DNA of 20,000 bases. Origin: an uncultured virus (IMG/VR IMGVR_UViG_3300005823_000001) (Duplodnaviria > Heunggongvirae > Uroviricota > Caudoviricetes). Of this stretch, positions 1 to 8,786 are shown piece after piece; positions within the stretch are counted from its first letter, which is position 1, and each line of letters opens with the position of its first letter. A model generated the notes under the pieces. It saw nothing but the letters and a program-made list of their open reading frames with translations, was not told the origin of the DNA and ran no database searches. The stretch is taken from IMG/VR virus record IMGVR_UViG_3300005823_000001; one strand, written 5' to 3'. The translations under genes were made by a program, and so were the position numbers.

Positions 1-668
1 GCTTTACCAGCTAGCACATTCGGTGTCGCCGGTAGCTTAGGTTTCACAGCAGCTACACCCTCTGGTACTTCGCGCCGGTTACCAGTAGGTACGATAGTCC
101 AGCTAGTCTGTAGGCCCTGGCCACGGCGCTCTATCTCGTAGTCCTGTAGGGTTAGGTCGCCATCTTTGCGATAGCAGGCAACAAGGTCTTGCCATAGGGA
201 TTGGCCCTGGCCGAATCCTCTCTGCCAGAACACAGGCCCATTGACTATCTGCTTGAACACTACCTCATTGGTAGACGCTATGCGTACCTTCTTCCAGGCC
301 TGATCCGGATTCTTCTCTGCGTCTGGATTCTGATTATGCCGGTATATTTGATACACCCAGCACCAGATACCAAACTGCTCAGCCCGTCGCTCACCGTTAT
401 CGCATAGGTCGCACTCTAGGTCATCCGTACCAGGACACCATCTAGGTACTTTCCATATGTCGCCGGACTGGACAGTGATTTCTACCTGGTGAAAATAGGC
501 AGTACCGAAATGGGGATCGTCCTCATGGCCGGTAGCCATAAAACGGACTATAGCCCGCTCATAAGGGCCAAGACGTAGCAACGGCACCTGAGGCCGGAAG
601 CTACCTTGTGCGGGCTCTTTGGCTTGGCGCTCCAATATCGACCGTATTCCTGGGTACTTCTTAGGCAT
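1..668 (-). CDS. T4 gp32-like Zn-binding single-stranded DNA-binding protein (3' end runs off the window; not in the supplied ORF track)
   Basis: Manual translation from ATG at 668 is open to the window edge: MPKKYPGIRSILERQ...AIVRFM...YFHQV...RWCPGTDDLECDLCDNG...DYEIERRGQGLQTSWTIVP. The H...C-x7-C-x2-C pattern and the 'I.R.G.GL.T.W.I.P' segment resemble phage gp32-like SSBs. It lies downstream of primase/helicase and overlaps the upstream gene by 8 nt. Confidence 0.75.
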   Translation of the reverse strand, partial: MPKKYPGIRSILERQAKEPAQGSFRPQVPLLRLGPYERAIVRFMATGHEDDPHFGTAYFHQVEITVQSGDIWKVPRWCPGTDDLECDLCDNGERRAEQFGIWCWVYQIYRHNQNPDAEKNPDQAWKKVRIASTNEVVFKQIVNGPVFWQRGFGQGQSLWQDLVACYRKDGDLTLQDYEIERRGQGLQTSWTIVPTGNRREVPEGVAAVKPKLPATPNVLAGK

Positions 669-1008
669 CAGTGCAAACCCTCCTCTTAACTAGCTCCTGC
701 CTTATCTCTCGTAACGTGGTATCAGGTAGTATATTAGCATCTATCAACTTACAGGCTATTCGCTCCTTATAAGAATCTAACGCGCGTCTATTGATGCATA
801 GGCGTCTCGCTAAAGCTTGAACACTAACGCCGCTGAGTATACAGCAGAGGAAGACAAGCTCCGTTTGCGTAAGGCTCTCTGTAACTTGGACATAGCATTC
901 TACATCTGCTAGCTCTACTGCCTCAACGCGAAACTCCACTATACGTCTTTCAGGATTTCTATAATGAGCAAGGTAGTCATCTAGTGAGAAGCAGAATATG
1001 GCATACAA
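661..1008 (-). CDS. HTH DNA-binding protein, sigma-70 region 4 / LuxR-like
   Basis: TTG start with AGGAGG (1015-1020) 6 nt upstream. LTQTELVFLCCILSGVSVQALARRLCINRRALDSYKERIACKL fits the region-4/LuxR HTH pattern (L[ST]xxE...G.S..[EA][IL]A..L.[IV]...[TA][VL]......I..KL). Confidence 0.7.
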   Translation of the reverse strand: MYAIFCFSLDDYLAHYRNPERRIVEFRVEAVELADVECYVQVTESLTQTELVFLCCILSGVSVQALARRLCINRRALDSYKERIACKLIDANILPDTTLREIRQELVKRRVCTDA

Positions 1009-1078
1009 TCCATACCTCCTGGTGGAGCCTACCTACGTTATTCAGTTGTAACGGCGGTATTCGATATACACCTCCTGT

Positions 1079-1127
1079 CCCTCCATTTTAATTATGGCGA
1101 AGTTGACGGGCTCTCGCCGCCAATTTT
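1079..1127 (-). promoter_or_regulatory. Bipartite promoter-like motif, copy A (AAAATTGGCGGCGA-N17-CATAATTAAAATGGAGGG)
   Basis: Matches copy B (9825-9873) at 14/14 and 17/18 nt in two blocks separated by an unconserved 17-nt spacer. CATAAT -10 at 1091-1096. It overlaps the primase 3' end and points into the HTH gene. Confidence 0.75.
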
Positions 1128-2047
1128 AGGCTAAAATGGCATCTTTTTTCAAGAACGTCCTTGACCATGTACGGCGGACACTCCTGTATATCTTTGAATC
1201 CTAACGGCAATTCTACTACGCTGGTGTAGGCCTCAAACCGCCGATAGCACATTTCCTCTAGCCGGAGGCCCGCGCTATCAGCATCGAAACACAGTATAAT
1301 CTCGCTTGGGCCTAGGCCCTGCACCCAAGCCGTCTGCCATTCACTCATATCTGAGCCTAAGATGGCTAGGGCTGGCCCCCAATGCTCCCATACCCAAATG
1401 CAGTCAAGCGCACCCTCTACTAACACCACGGCCTCAGGATTGCGCTCTATTCTGTCCATCCCGAATAAGTGCATGGCCCGCTGGAATCCCTTAGTATATA
1501 GATACTTGTGTGGGCTGCTAGGGCCAAACCTCTTGATAACAGCTACCCGCCGCCGGTCATCATCGTAAACTGGTATGACTATAGCCTTGTCATTAGCATC
1601 ATAACCTATACCCCAGCGTTTAATCATCGCCGGTGTATACCCGCGCTCCAGAAACCAACGAGGCACCACGTCAAAACGGAAGTCAGTGTCCTGGGGTAGG
1701 TTTTGCGGCAGAGGAGGCCTCTGGGCCACCAGGGAGCCGCTGGTGGGCAATTTGCGTAAAGTTTCCAGCAGGATCGCGGGCTCAACCGGCACGGCCTCGC
1801 TGAACATATCCACCTCAGCCGCTAGACGAGATTTTCCTAGCTTAGTCGCTAGTGTAAGCAGGTTCCCTCGCCCGCAACCGGAAAAGCATATCCATAGGCC
1901 CGTCTTTAGGTTAATACCAAAGCTAGGGTTGCTGTCCTCATGGAATGGACAGTGTGTATACATCTGGCCCTCACCGGTTATCTGGCCCACTATACCCCAG
2001 GAGCGCAATACCCGCGCTACGTCTACCTCCATACCCTCAAAGTTCAT
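1088..2047 (-). CDS. dnaG: DnaG-type DNA primase (CHC2 zinc finger + TOPRIM)
   Basis: CPFHEDSNPSF...WICFSGCG zinc finger; VLVEGALDCI and LCFDADSAG TOPRIM motifs; GFKDIQE. ATGA overlap with the helicase stop. Confidence 0.93.
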   Translation of the reverse strand: MNFEGMEVDVARVLRSWGIVGQITGEGQMYTHCPFHEDSNPSFGINLKTGLWICFSGCGRGNLLTLATKLGKSRLAAEVDMFSEAVPVEPAILLETLRKLPTSGSLVAQRPPLPQNLPQDTDFRFDVVPRWFLERGYTPAMIKRWGIGYDANDKAIVIPVYDDDRRRVAVIKRFGPSSPHKYLYTKGFQRAMHLFGMDRIERNPEAVVLVEGALDCIWVWEHWGPALAILGSDMSEWQTAWVQGLGPSEIILCFDADSAGLRLEEMCYRRFEAYTSVVELPLGFKDIQECPPYMVKDVLEKRCHFSLKLAARARQLRHN

Positions 2048-3273
2048 CCTATCTCCCTAATGATTCCCTTATCTACTTCCCATGCTAGCGTTTTGCTATC
2101 TGTGATGGCCATGCCTCGCCTATTCTTTTCCATACGGTATATTAATTGGCTCTCTTCATTTAGCCGCCTAGCTAGACCGATAACCTTGTCGCAGGCATGA
2201 GCAAAGCCCTGGCCAAAAGCACACTGATTTATCTTAGGGATTCTATCTGGACGCACATCGCGGGTAGCCTGGTCGCTAAGTATGATAACTAAGTTATACG
2301 CTTCTGCCATACTCTTGAGGCTGTAGCTAATATCCCTTACCTGCTCCCATACCTTGTCACCGGCACCGCCACTTATCATAAAGCCTAGGCCATCTATAAG
2401 TACTAGGTCGGGCTTATGCTCACGTACCAGCTTACGCACCGCATTAAAATCCAGGTTGATATCCTCTACGTGGTCTACTGTGAGCCAATCCTCACGTTTT
2501 GCCATACGGCTCAGAAGTTTCTTATAGGCCTCCTCATCTATAGGATGGCCCTGCTGTAGGGCTAAATTGCTTATCTCCATACCGCTCTGGCCTGCCAAGA
2601 GTGTATCTACTCGTAGCTCAAGGTCACGGGCTGCCATCTCTGGCGATACAAATAGGACACGAGAGCCACCACGCCAAGCAGTTACGCCAAAATAGCAGAG
2701 TAACCACGTCTTGCCTATGCCGGTAGCAGATACAACACCTACTAGCTCACCATCCTGCCATCCTACTCCTGTAGCATCTATACTCAACAGGCCAGTGGGT
2801 ATACCCTTTACCATGAGCGCTCGTCTTCTATTCAGAGCCCTGGCCCTGTAATCTCCTAGGCGTTCTATAGCACCAGCGTCCGTCTTGCTTGCATGGCCCT
2901 CGTCAACCGTAACACCTATATCTGATAAGTCCATTCGTAAGCCCTGTATGGCTCCTACAGGGTCATCTTTCAATCTAGGTATATGTTTCTCTAATGATGC
3001 AGCCGCTTTACGGTAGGCGTCCTGGTCTATAAACCGCTTAAGCCAATATGGAAAGTCATCTTTCCTATTCCAGGCGTAATCAGGGAATTGAGCATTTAAT
3101 ACATCGACACCTGGTATCTCTAGCTGTTTCTCGTAATAACCACATATGAATTCTACTACGGTCTTGAGCCGCGTGAATCGCTCCGGCTGCACACCGGCCC
3201 GTAACATGATAGCTAGCTCATCCGGTGTAGTAAGAGAGCATATAAGGTTTTGTTCTGTAGCTAAATCTGGCAT
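2044..3273 (-). CDS. dnaB: DnaB/SF4 replicative helicase
   Basis: GIPTGLLSID, Walker A SATGIGKT, VLFVSPEM, Walker B VLIDGL, LSDQATR, KNRRG. Adjacent to the primase. Confidence 0.92.
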   Translation of the reverse strand: MPDLATEQNLICSLTTPDELAIMLRAGVQPERFTRLKTVVEFICGYYEKQLEIPGVDVLNAQFPDYAWNRKDDFPYWLKRFIDQDAYRKAAASLEKHIPRLKDDPVGAIQGLRMDLSDIGVTVDEGHASKTDAGAIERLGDYRARALNRRRALMVKGIPTGLLSIDATGVGWQDGELVGVVSATGIGKTWLLCYFGVTAWRGGSRVLFVSPEMAARDLELRVDTLLAGQSGMEISNLALQQGHPIDEEAYKKLLSRMAKREDWLTVDHVEDINLDFNAVRKLVREHKPDLVLIDGLGFMISGGAGDKVWEQVRDISYSLKSMAEAYNLVIILSDQATRDVRPDRIPKINQCAFGQGFAHACDKVIGLARRLNEESQLIYRMEKNRRGMAITDSKTLAWEVDKGIIREIG

Positions 3274-3722
3274 AACTCATCACACATATCTGCAAGGGTG
3301 GCTCGCGCTCCGGTTAGGTTAGCAGGATGGCCCCAGCTATAGGCTGCATCTATCTCATCATATCTAATAATAGTATCTCTAAGCTCTCTGTCTTTGGTTA
3401 CATACAGGAGGTAATAGGCCTTAGCTAGGAGCTTATCATGGAATACCTCGTCTTGTATATCCTCAGAGAGCCAACCGGCTACGCTCCTGATAGACGGGTC
3501 AGCCCAGCTATGGACATGTTGTATAATAGCGTAGCCGATTTGGTAGGCATCAAACCTAGATAATAACGACGAGAGCAGAGCCGTTTCTATTGCTCTGCTC
3601 TCGCCCTGGTACGATTTGCGGTATATGTTTTTGTACCACCAGGCCCACAGTTGCCACAGCAGAGTAGGAGTAGTTAGGTTGAGTAGCTTGCTGCGGCTAC
3701 CCTGTAGACTACTTGGTGCCAT
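3261..3722 (-). CDS. Hypothetical helical protein (possible helicase loader or replication accessory)
   Basis: 153-aa ORF with a purine-rich upstream sequence (GGGAAGGTAGGA), overlapping the helicase start. Function is inferred from position only. Confidence 0.65.
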   Translation of the reverse strand: MAPSSLQGSRSKLLNLTTPTLLWQLWAWWYKNIYRKSYQGESRAIETALLSSLLSRFDAYQIGYAIIQHVHSWADPSIRSVAGWLSEDIQDEVFHDKLLAKAYYLLYVTKDRELRDTIIRYDEIDAAYSWGHPANLTGARATLADMCDELCQI

Positions 3723-3754
3723 TCCTACCTTCCCATGTCCTATCAGAATATCGT

Positions 3755-4885
3755 CTACTCGCTAGCGGCCTTCTTAGCTCGCCGCTTCCGCTTGGGCTTA
3801 GGGGCTTCCTCTACCGGCTCCGGCTCCTCCACTACCGTAGCCTCAGCGTCTATGACCGGCTCCTGGTCGCCGTCTTCCTCCACAATGGCTACCTGGTGGC
3901 AAGTAGGGCAAGAAGTAAGGTGGCCCAGGAAGTGACCAGCTAGCCGCTGCATACGGTAGACCTTGAAAGCCCATCCAAAGTCATCACGGCCCATAGAGGT
4001 GTGGCTTGCCACGTAGGTCATGTGCTGTAGCAAGTCGTATACGGTCTGAGGTGGCTCCTCTGTGACGAGCTTCATAATGGCCCGCCGTTGCGGTACTTGG
4101 TGCTGAGCTAGGAGCCGGTCAAAATTGTCTAGGACTCCCTCTTCCAATGGCGTCTCAGCACTCCGCTGTACGTCGGCTAGCAGATGGTCGGCACCACTCC
4201 ATACCTTACGCATCTGCCGCCTAGCCCAATGGTACGTGCCTCTGGCCCTGGCGTCATCATCATCGCCCTCGCCATCGCCAGAACGTCGCCACCTCCGGCC
4301 TCTGTGCTCGGCGCTTATCATGCCATTGGTACACCGGAGCCGGTAGGCCACAAGCTCGATGGTCAAGGCCTGAAAGCCAATAAGAGAGCCTGACACCTGG
4401 ATGCCTACCCGCGTGATGTCACCAACAGATACAGCCGTCTCTCGCGACCCTAGGCCCACGAAAGAGAAATGCTTAAGCGTCTTGGTATTGGCCAGCCAGT
4501 CTACCGGCTGTATGGCCCTATCCAAAGACTCGATAAGCTCCTCAGGTCGGTAGGGCTCCAGCGCCGTAGTGCTAGCCTCTACGACACGGCCCTCCGATGG
4601 CTCTACCAGGATGTTGAATGGCTGGCCCGCCTCAGCTAGGCAAGTCAGTTGGTGCCGGTAGTGAGGCAACACAAGCTCGTTAGGTAGCCCGTTGAAGTAA
4701 TCGCTAGGCACCGGCAGAGCGGCCCCTATAGCCTGGATGTTGCCTAGGTTGAGCGGCACCCTCGCCTGGTCAGCTAGCTTGATACGGCGGCCCCGCGTAT
4801 CGAATTCGATACTAGCAGGGTCTACGGTATGCAAGTTGCTCTGGCTAAGTGGTGCGAACACCTGCAATACGTCTTCCTTATTCAC
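3755..4885 (-). CDS. DUF932-like phage protein with C-terminal CxxC and acidic/basic tail
   Basis: YRLRCTNGMI matches the RxxCxNG signature of the DUF932 family. GTGA overlap with the SNF2 stop. Confidence 0.7.
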   Translation of the reverse strand: MNKEDVLQVFAPLSQSNLHTVDPASIEFDTRGRRIKLADQARVPLNLGNIQAIGAALPVPSDYFNGLPNELVLPHYRHQLTCLAEAGQPFNILVEPSEGRVVEASTTALEPYRPEELIESLDRAIQPVDWLANTKTLKHFSFVGLGSRETAVSVGDITRVGIQVSGSLIGFQALTIELVAYRLRCTNGMISAEHRGRRWRRSGDGEGDDDDARARGTYHWARRQMRKVWSGADHLLADVQRSAETPLEEGVLDNFDRLLAQHQVPQRRAIMKLVTEEPPQTVYDLLQHMTYVASHTSMGRDDFGWAFKVYRMQRLAGHFLGHLTSCPTCHQVAIVEEDGDQEPVIDAEATVVEEPEPVEEAPKPKRKRRAKKAASE

Positions 4886-6516
4886 TTATACCCCCTTGCT
4901 AAGGCGATCATGTCGCCTATGCTAAGCTTACGCTGCCTTACCTCGTCTACTCCTGCCAAGAAATCACTAGCTAGCCGTAACTTCTTGTACAGAATAGTCC
5001 AGATATACTCGTCTATAGTGTCTCCTCCCTTCAGATTGATTACGTTAACTGTCTTATCTTGGCCAATACGATGTAGCCGGTCTTCCCTTTGGGCTAGCTT
5101 GGCTGGATTCCAAGGGTAATCATAGTGTATCACATAATCAGCCATCGTGAGATTAATACCATAGGCACCCACCTCAGTCATGACCAGATAAGGACATGGG
5201 CTGCTCTCAAAGCTATCTAGTATATCAGACCGTGTTTCCATCTTTGTCTTACCTGTTACTATAAGGCAATCTAACCTCTCCTGAATAGCCCTGGCTACCT
5301 CGGCGTACTGTGTGAATATGACTACCCGATGGCCACGGCCTATCTCCTCAAGTATATTCTGTAGCTCATTCAACTTACTCGTACCGGCCCCATCTACCAA
5401 TAGTGGTGGATAGTCCACTAGTTGCTTTAGCCGCGTCAGCTTAGCTAGGATATTAGGCATCGTCTCACGGTCTATGGTGTGCACCCAAGATACGAAATCC
5501 CTTACGGCCCTGTTGTACTCCTGGCGCTCCCTGTAGCTAAGCTCCACTATGTAATCCTGTACTATCTTGGCCGGTAGCTGGGGCTCAACGTCGGCCTTGA
5601 GCCGTCGTAGGAAATACGGCGCTACCTTTATCTGCACCTCTTCTAGGCCCCTGTAGCCGGTCGTCTTGCCCCATAAATCTTTAATACAATGCTGTTCTAC
5701 GAATAGCCATCCTGGGCCTAGGAGTGTTGGCTGTACGAATTCCATGATACTATGTAGCTCTTCCAAGGTATTCTCTATTGGCTGGCCAGACATGGCAATA
5801 GCGTACTTGCACTGTAAGCGCTTAAGCCGTTTGGTGGTCTGAGCCCTATAGTTCTTTACCCTGGTGGCCTCGTCAGCCACTATACAACCCCACTTGTAGG
5901 GCATGATATCTGCATCATGTAAAAGAAGCTCGTAATTAGCTATCTTAATCTTGGGCTCGGCCTTGGCCCAAGACTCCCGCCGGTCAGCCTTGCTGCCGGT
6001 GATGATTTCACAGCCCATACGGGCTGTATGCTTGTGTATCTCCCTCTCCCAATTCACCTTTACAGAGGCCGGACACAGGACTAAGGTACTACTCGGCTCC
6101 CATGCCATTATAGCAGCGATGGCTTGAATGGTTTTGCCTAGGCCCATCTCATCTGCTAGTAACACCCGCTTACCTTCTGTTACAAACTTAGCCCCTACTC
6201 GCTGGAATGGCCGGAGTGTACTTATCATGCCTGGTGTCTCGAATTCGGCATCTTCTAGGTCGCGAGTAGCCAACTGGCGCTCTGTTAGCCGCCTCTGGTG
6301 GCTCAGGAAGACGGTAAGAACCTCCTCGTAGGCCCAAGTGTAGCCCCGCTGTCTGAGGACACCCTCAAGACGCTTCAGTTGGCCTAGAGGGAATTCCCAA
6401 CGCTTATGGCGAGGATTCCACCGGCGGCCTGGTATAGTCCTGTAGGCCTCAACGAGGCCTAGGTCAAAAGGCGATACCGCCGTAAGGTTCTTACCGTCTA
6501 GGCTGAGTACTATCAC
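4882..6516 (-). CDS. SNF2-family helicase/ATPase with N-terminal HARP-like domain (SMARCAL1-like)
   Basis: LRPFQ, LLADEMGLGKT, LCPASVKVNW, VADEAT, SGQPIEN, RRLKADV, GINLT, WNP...QREDRLHRIGQ. N-terminal IPGRRWNPRHKRWEFP is HARP-like. Confidence 0.92.
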   Translation of the reverse strand: MIVLSLDGKNLTAVSPFDLGLVEAYRTIPGRRWNPRHKRWEFPLGQLKRLEGVLRQRGYTWAYEEVLTVFLSHQRRLTERQLATRDLEDAEFETPGMISTLRPFQRVGAKFVTEGKRVLLADEMGLGKTIQAIAAIMAWEPSSTLVLCPASVKVNWEREIHKHTARMGCEIITGSKADRRESWAKAEPKIKIANYELLLHDADIMPYKWGCIVADEATRVKNYRAQTTKRLKRLQCKYAIAMSGQPIENTLEELHSIMEFVQPTLLGPGWLFVEQHCIKDLWGKTTGYRGLEEVQIKVAPYFLRRLKADVEPQLPAKIVQDYIVELSYRERQEYNRAVRDFVSWVHTIDRETMPNILAKLTRLKQLVDYPPLLVDGAGTSKLNELQNILEEIGRGHRVVIFTQYAEVARAIQERLDCLIVTGKTKMETRSDILDSFESSPCPYLVMTEVGAYGINLTMADYVIHYDYPWNPAKLAQREDRLHRIGQDKTVNVINLKGGDTIDEYIWTILYKKLRLASDFLAGVDEVRQRKLSIGDMIALARGYK

Positions 6517-6818
6517 TATTTGGTAGCCGCCTTTTGTCTTCTATATGCTGCCCAACACGCCTGTAGCCACATTTGCTCAGGCCCGCTAATCATAATCCCT
6601 GGTAATCCTACTATCCCTCGCGCATCTATTTTCACTATGCGACAATTTTCCCATCCTGCATCGCCACCATAGACAAGTAGTAAACCATCCTGGCATATCG
6701 CTATCCACTGTTCGCCATGCTCATTCTCATAGTAGCTGGCGAATTCTGCTTTGTTTGCGTCTATCTCCGGTGGCGAACCACAACCCTCTACATGCTTATT
6801 ATCAGCCTTGAACAGCAC
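6516..6818 (-). CDS. Hypothetical protein
   Basis: GTG start with AGGAGGT RBS (6823-6829). TAGTG coupling to the SNF2 gene. Confidence 0.8.
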   Translation of the reverse strand: MLFKADNKHVEGCGSPPEIDANKAEFASYYENEHGEQWIAICQDGLLLVYGGDAGWENCRIVKIDARGIVGLPGIMISGPEQMWLQACWAAYRRQKAATK

Positions 6819-6827
6819 AGCTACCTC

Positions 6828-7703
6828 CTATAGCTCAAGCGTTTGCAGATGTGTACGGAATTGCGCTGTAGCTCTTTCCTCTTCGGCATCTACCTCCCAT
6901 AGGGCTTCATAGTCAAGTATCCCGTTAGCCCTTTCTATAAAGACTCTGGCTTGCTCGTCTCGTAGCGCTTCCCATTGGAATGTACCAGGCCGCTCAGGGT
7001 TTTCAGGTATGTCGTACTCTACCTCATGGCCTGGATTGAGACCTATGCGCTCAAAGTCTATATCATCCCTGGCCCTGGCTACTAGTGCATCGCTACAGTT
7101 GTATTCGCCTTTAATCAGGCCCAGCGTCCATACATAGATGTCCCGCCAAGCAGAATAGGGTATCTCCATACCCTTAGGGTCATAGTCGCCGTAGTAGAAG
7201 ATTTTGATAGGCTTCTGATGGAGGATATACCGACGGGCTAGGCGCTCAGCCGCTTTCCACTTCTCCGGTATAGAAATGTCGCCGTGAAAAGCAAGTAGGC
7301 TGATATTGCCATCCGCGTAATGGTCGAATTGGGCAGACATAGCAGAGGCCTCAAACCAACACTCCGTGTATACCGGTTGCTTTTGCCATCGGTCTATAGC
7401 ACAGTGGCTCCGCTCCTGTAGGGCTCGCAGCCATTCAGCAGGATTGGTATAGCCGCCACCGCGTACTACAGCAGCACGGCTATCATCGGCTAGGGTAGCC
7501 GGATGCCAACCGTTATAGAATTCCTTACGGGCTTTGGATAGAAGGCCAAGCAAGTGCTTGTATCCGGCCTTCTCGCTGTAGAGCCCTTCCTGTAACAGCC
7601 GGTAGAATACCCACCTAGCTGTTACCTGATAGGGCACCGAATCGACATAGCCTTTGGCCATATCTATAATGACCTTGTTCCTAGCAGCAGGTGTATAGGT
7701 CAC
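6828..7703 (-). CDS. Winged-helix + TOPRIM (Topo VI-A/JetD-like) protein
   Basis: QVTARWVFYRL, DRWQKQPVYTECWFE, YYGDYDPKGMEI, FERIGLN and WEAL follow the W..QP..VEVW.EK / D.DPSG..I / RIAL / ELDAL pattern of this phage family. Confidence 0.75.
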   Translation of the reverse strand: MTYTPAARNKVIIDMAKGYVDSVPYQVTARWVFYRLLQEGLYSEKAGYKHLLGLLSKARKEFYNGWHPATLADDSRAAVVRGGGYTNPAEWLRALQERSHCAIDRWQKQPVYTECWFEASAMSAQFDHYADGNISLLAFHGDISIPEKWKAAERLARRYILHQKPIKIFYYGDYDPKGMEIPYSAWRDIYVWTLGLIKGEYNCSDALVARARDDIDFERIGLNPGHEVEYDIPENPERPGTFQWEALRDEQARVFIERANGILDYEALWEVDAEEERATAQFRTHLQTLEL

Positions 7704-7911
7704 TGTGCGTTCCTCCTAGCATCTCTACAGCGGCCCTCATTAGCCGCCTACGAGACTTAAAGCCTACGCTCCTGGGGTTATCTGTCTTAGTTACAGGCCT
7801 ACCATCTAGCCAACCGTGATGATAGGCCCTATGCCCAGGATGCGGGCTACTACGCAGCATAATCAACGTATGCCCTTTGAGCGGCCCGTATGGTATCTTG
7901 CTGTTTGCCAT
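7681..7911 (-). CDS. Small basic hypothetical protein
   Basis: ATG immediately after the upstream TAG. Fills the gap in a tightly packed operon. Confidence 0.65.
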   Translation of the reverse strand: MANSKIPYGPLKGHTLIMLRSSPHPGHRAYHHGWLDGRPVTKTDNPRSVGFKSRRRLMRAAVEMLGGTHSDLYTCC

Positions 7912-7912
7912 C

Positions 7913-8206
7913 CTAGAACCTTCTGGCTATGTGAATGGCCCCTAGCAGGTAATTCCATACCTCACGGATAGTCATGTTGATGGCCACTACCTGCATGTCA
8001 TCCGGTATCGGTAGTGCGTGTTGGAATACGTGCGATATAGCCTCTGTAGGCTGCTGGTTAATACGCCGCCATATGGAATAACGTATTGCGCCGTTCTCCT
8101 TTTTACGCCATATAGCAAAGTAGTTGTAGCCGATCTGGTCGTATAGCTCGTGGCAAGCATCGCCCAAGCTCTTGTCGGTTACCCTCTGCCGGTGCGGAAT
8201 CGTCAT
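7913..8206 (-). CDS. Hypothetical protein
   Basis: ATG 2 nt after the upstream stop, with AGGAGG upstream. Confidence 0.75.
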   Translation of the reverse strand: MTIPHRQRVTDKSLGDACHELYDQIGYNYFAIWRKKENGAIRYSIWRRINQQPTEAISHVFQHALPIPDDMQVVAINMTIREVWNYLLGAIHIARRF

Positions 8207-8208
8207 AG

Positions 8209-8610
8209 CTACTTGGCCTCCTGGTGGCTCTCCCTGACATGCGCCATAAGGTCATCAAGGTCATCGTATAGCTCTTCACACGCAGGACAGGCATACGGCG
8301 CTACTGCCATTAGCTCTAGGTCGCAATCGTCATTACACTTCTGACCGTCCGGCTCCTCACCTCGCAGATAGAAGGTGTCACACGCGGTACACTTGTAGCC
8401 CTCTATATGACGGATGAGGTAGAGAGTCTCGCCTATAGCGAGTACGAAGCCATCACCCTCTGTAATTGTGATGGACTTAAGAGCACGGCCTATCTTTTCG
8501 GCTACCCCATAGGCATCAATGTAAGCTAGGCCATTGAGGGGAGTATCTTCTAGCTCACTAGCTGCTACCCTAAGCGCCTTGCTTAGCTTGACGGCGGTAT
8601 TCGGGTGCAT
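8209..8610 (-). CDS. Zinc-finger protein (CxxC...CxxxC plus C2H2)
   Basis: The likely start is ATG 8610 (GGAGGT at 8615-8620) rather than 8637. C-terminal YACPACEELYDDLDDLMAHVRESH is a C2H2 finger; also CTAC and CNDDC. Confidence 0.75.
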   Translation of the reverse strand: MHPNTAVKLSKALRVAASELEDTPLNGLAYIDAYGVAEKIGRALKSITITEGDGFVLAIGETLYLIRHIEGYKCTACDTFYLRGEEPDGQKCNDDCDLELMAVAPYACPACEELYDDLDDLMAHVRESHQEAK

Positions 8611-8786
8611 CCGTACCTCCAACTCTTCATACCACATACCGTGCAGATAACCTTCTCACGGTTATGCTCAGGAAGGACACCTGCTACCTTTTCGCCGGTC
8701 AGCTTCCAGGTATGCTTCATACCATCCTTAGCACAGGAGAAGTCATCAGCCGTTGCCTGCCTAGCAAACTCAATACGGCTATTCAT
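8583..8786 (-). CDS. Small putative zinc-ribbon protein
   Basis: ATG 8786 is coupled to the upstream stop (TAATG). MNSRIEF...SCAKDGMKHTW...ICTVCG. Confidence 0.6.
   Translation of the reverse strand: MNSRIEFARQATADDFSCAKDGMKHTWKLTGEKVAGVLPEHNREKVICTVCGMKSWRYGCTRIPPSS

Noticed and set aside
201..407. Plus-strand 68-aa ORF and similar short plus-strand ORFs over 1306-9264
   Set aside because: They are antisense to well-supported minus-strand genes.
6516..8211. TAG stop-codon reassignment (several adjacent genes end in TAG; TAG-rich sequence)
   Set aside because: These TAG stops are followed by, or overlap, new starts, several with clear RBSs, and the long conserved genes are uninterrupted under the standard code.
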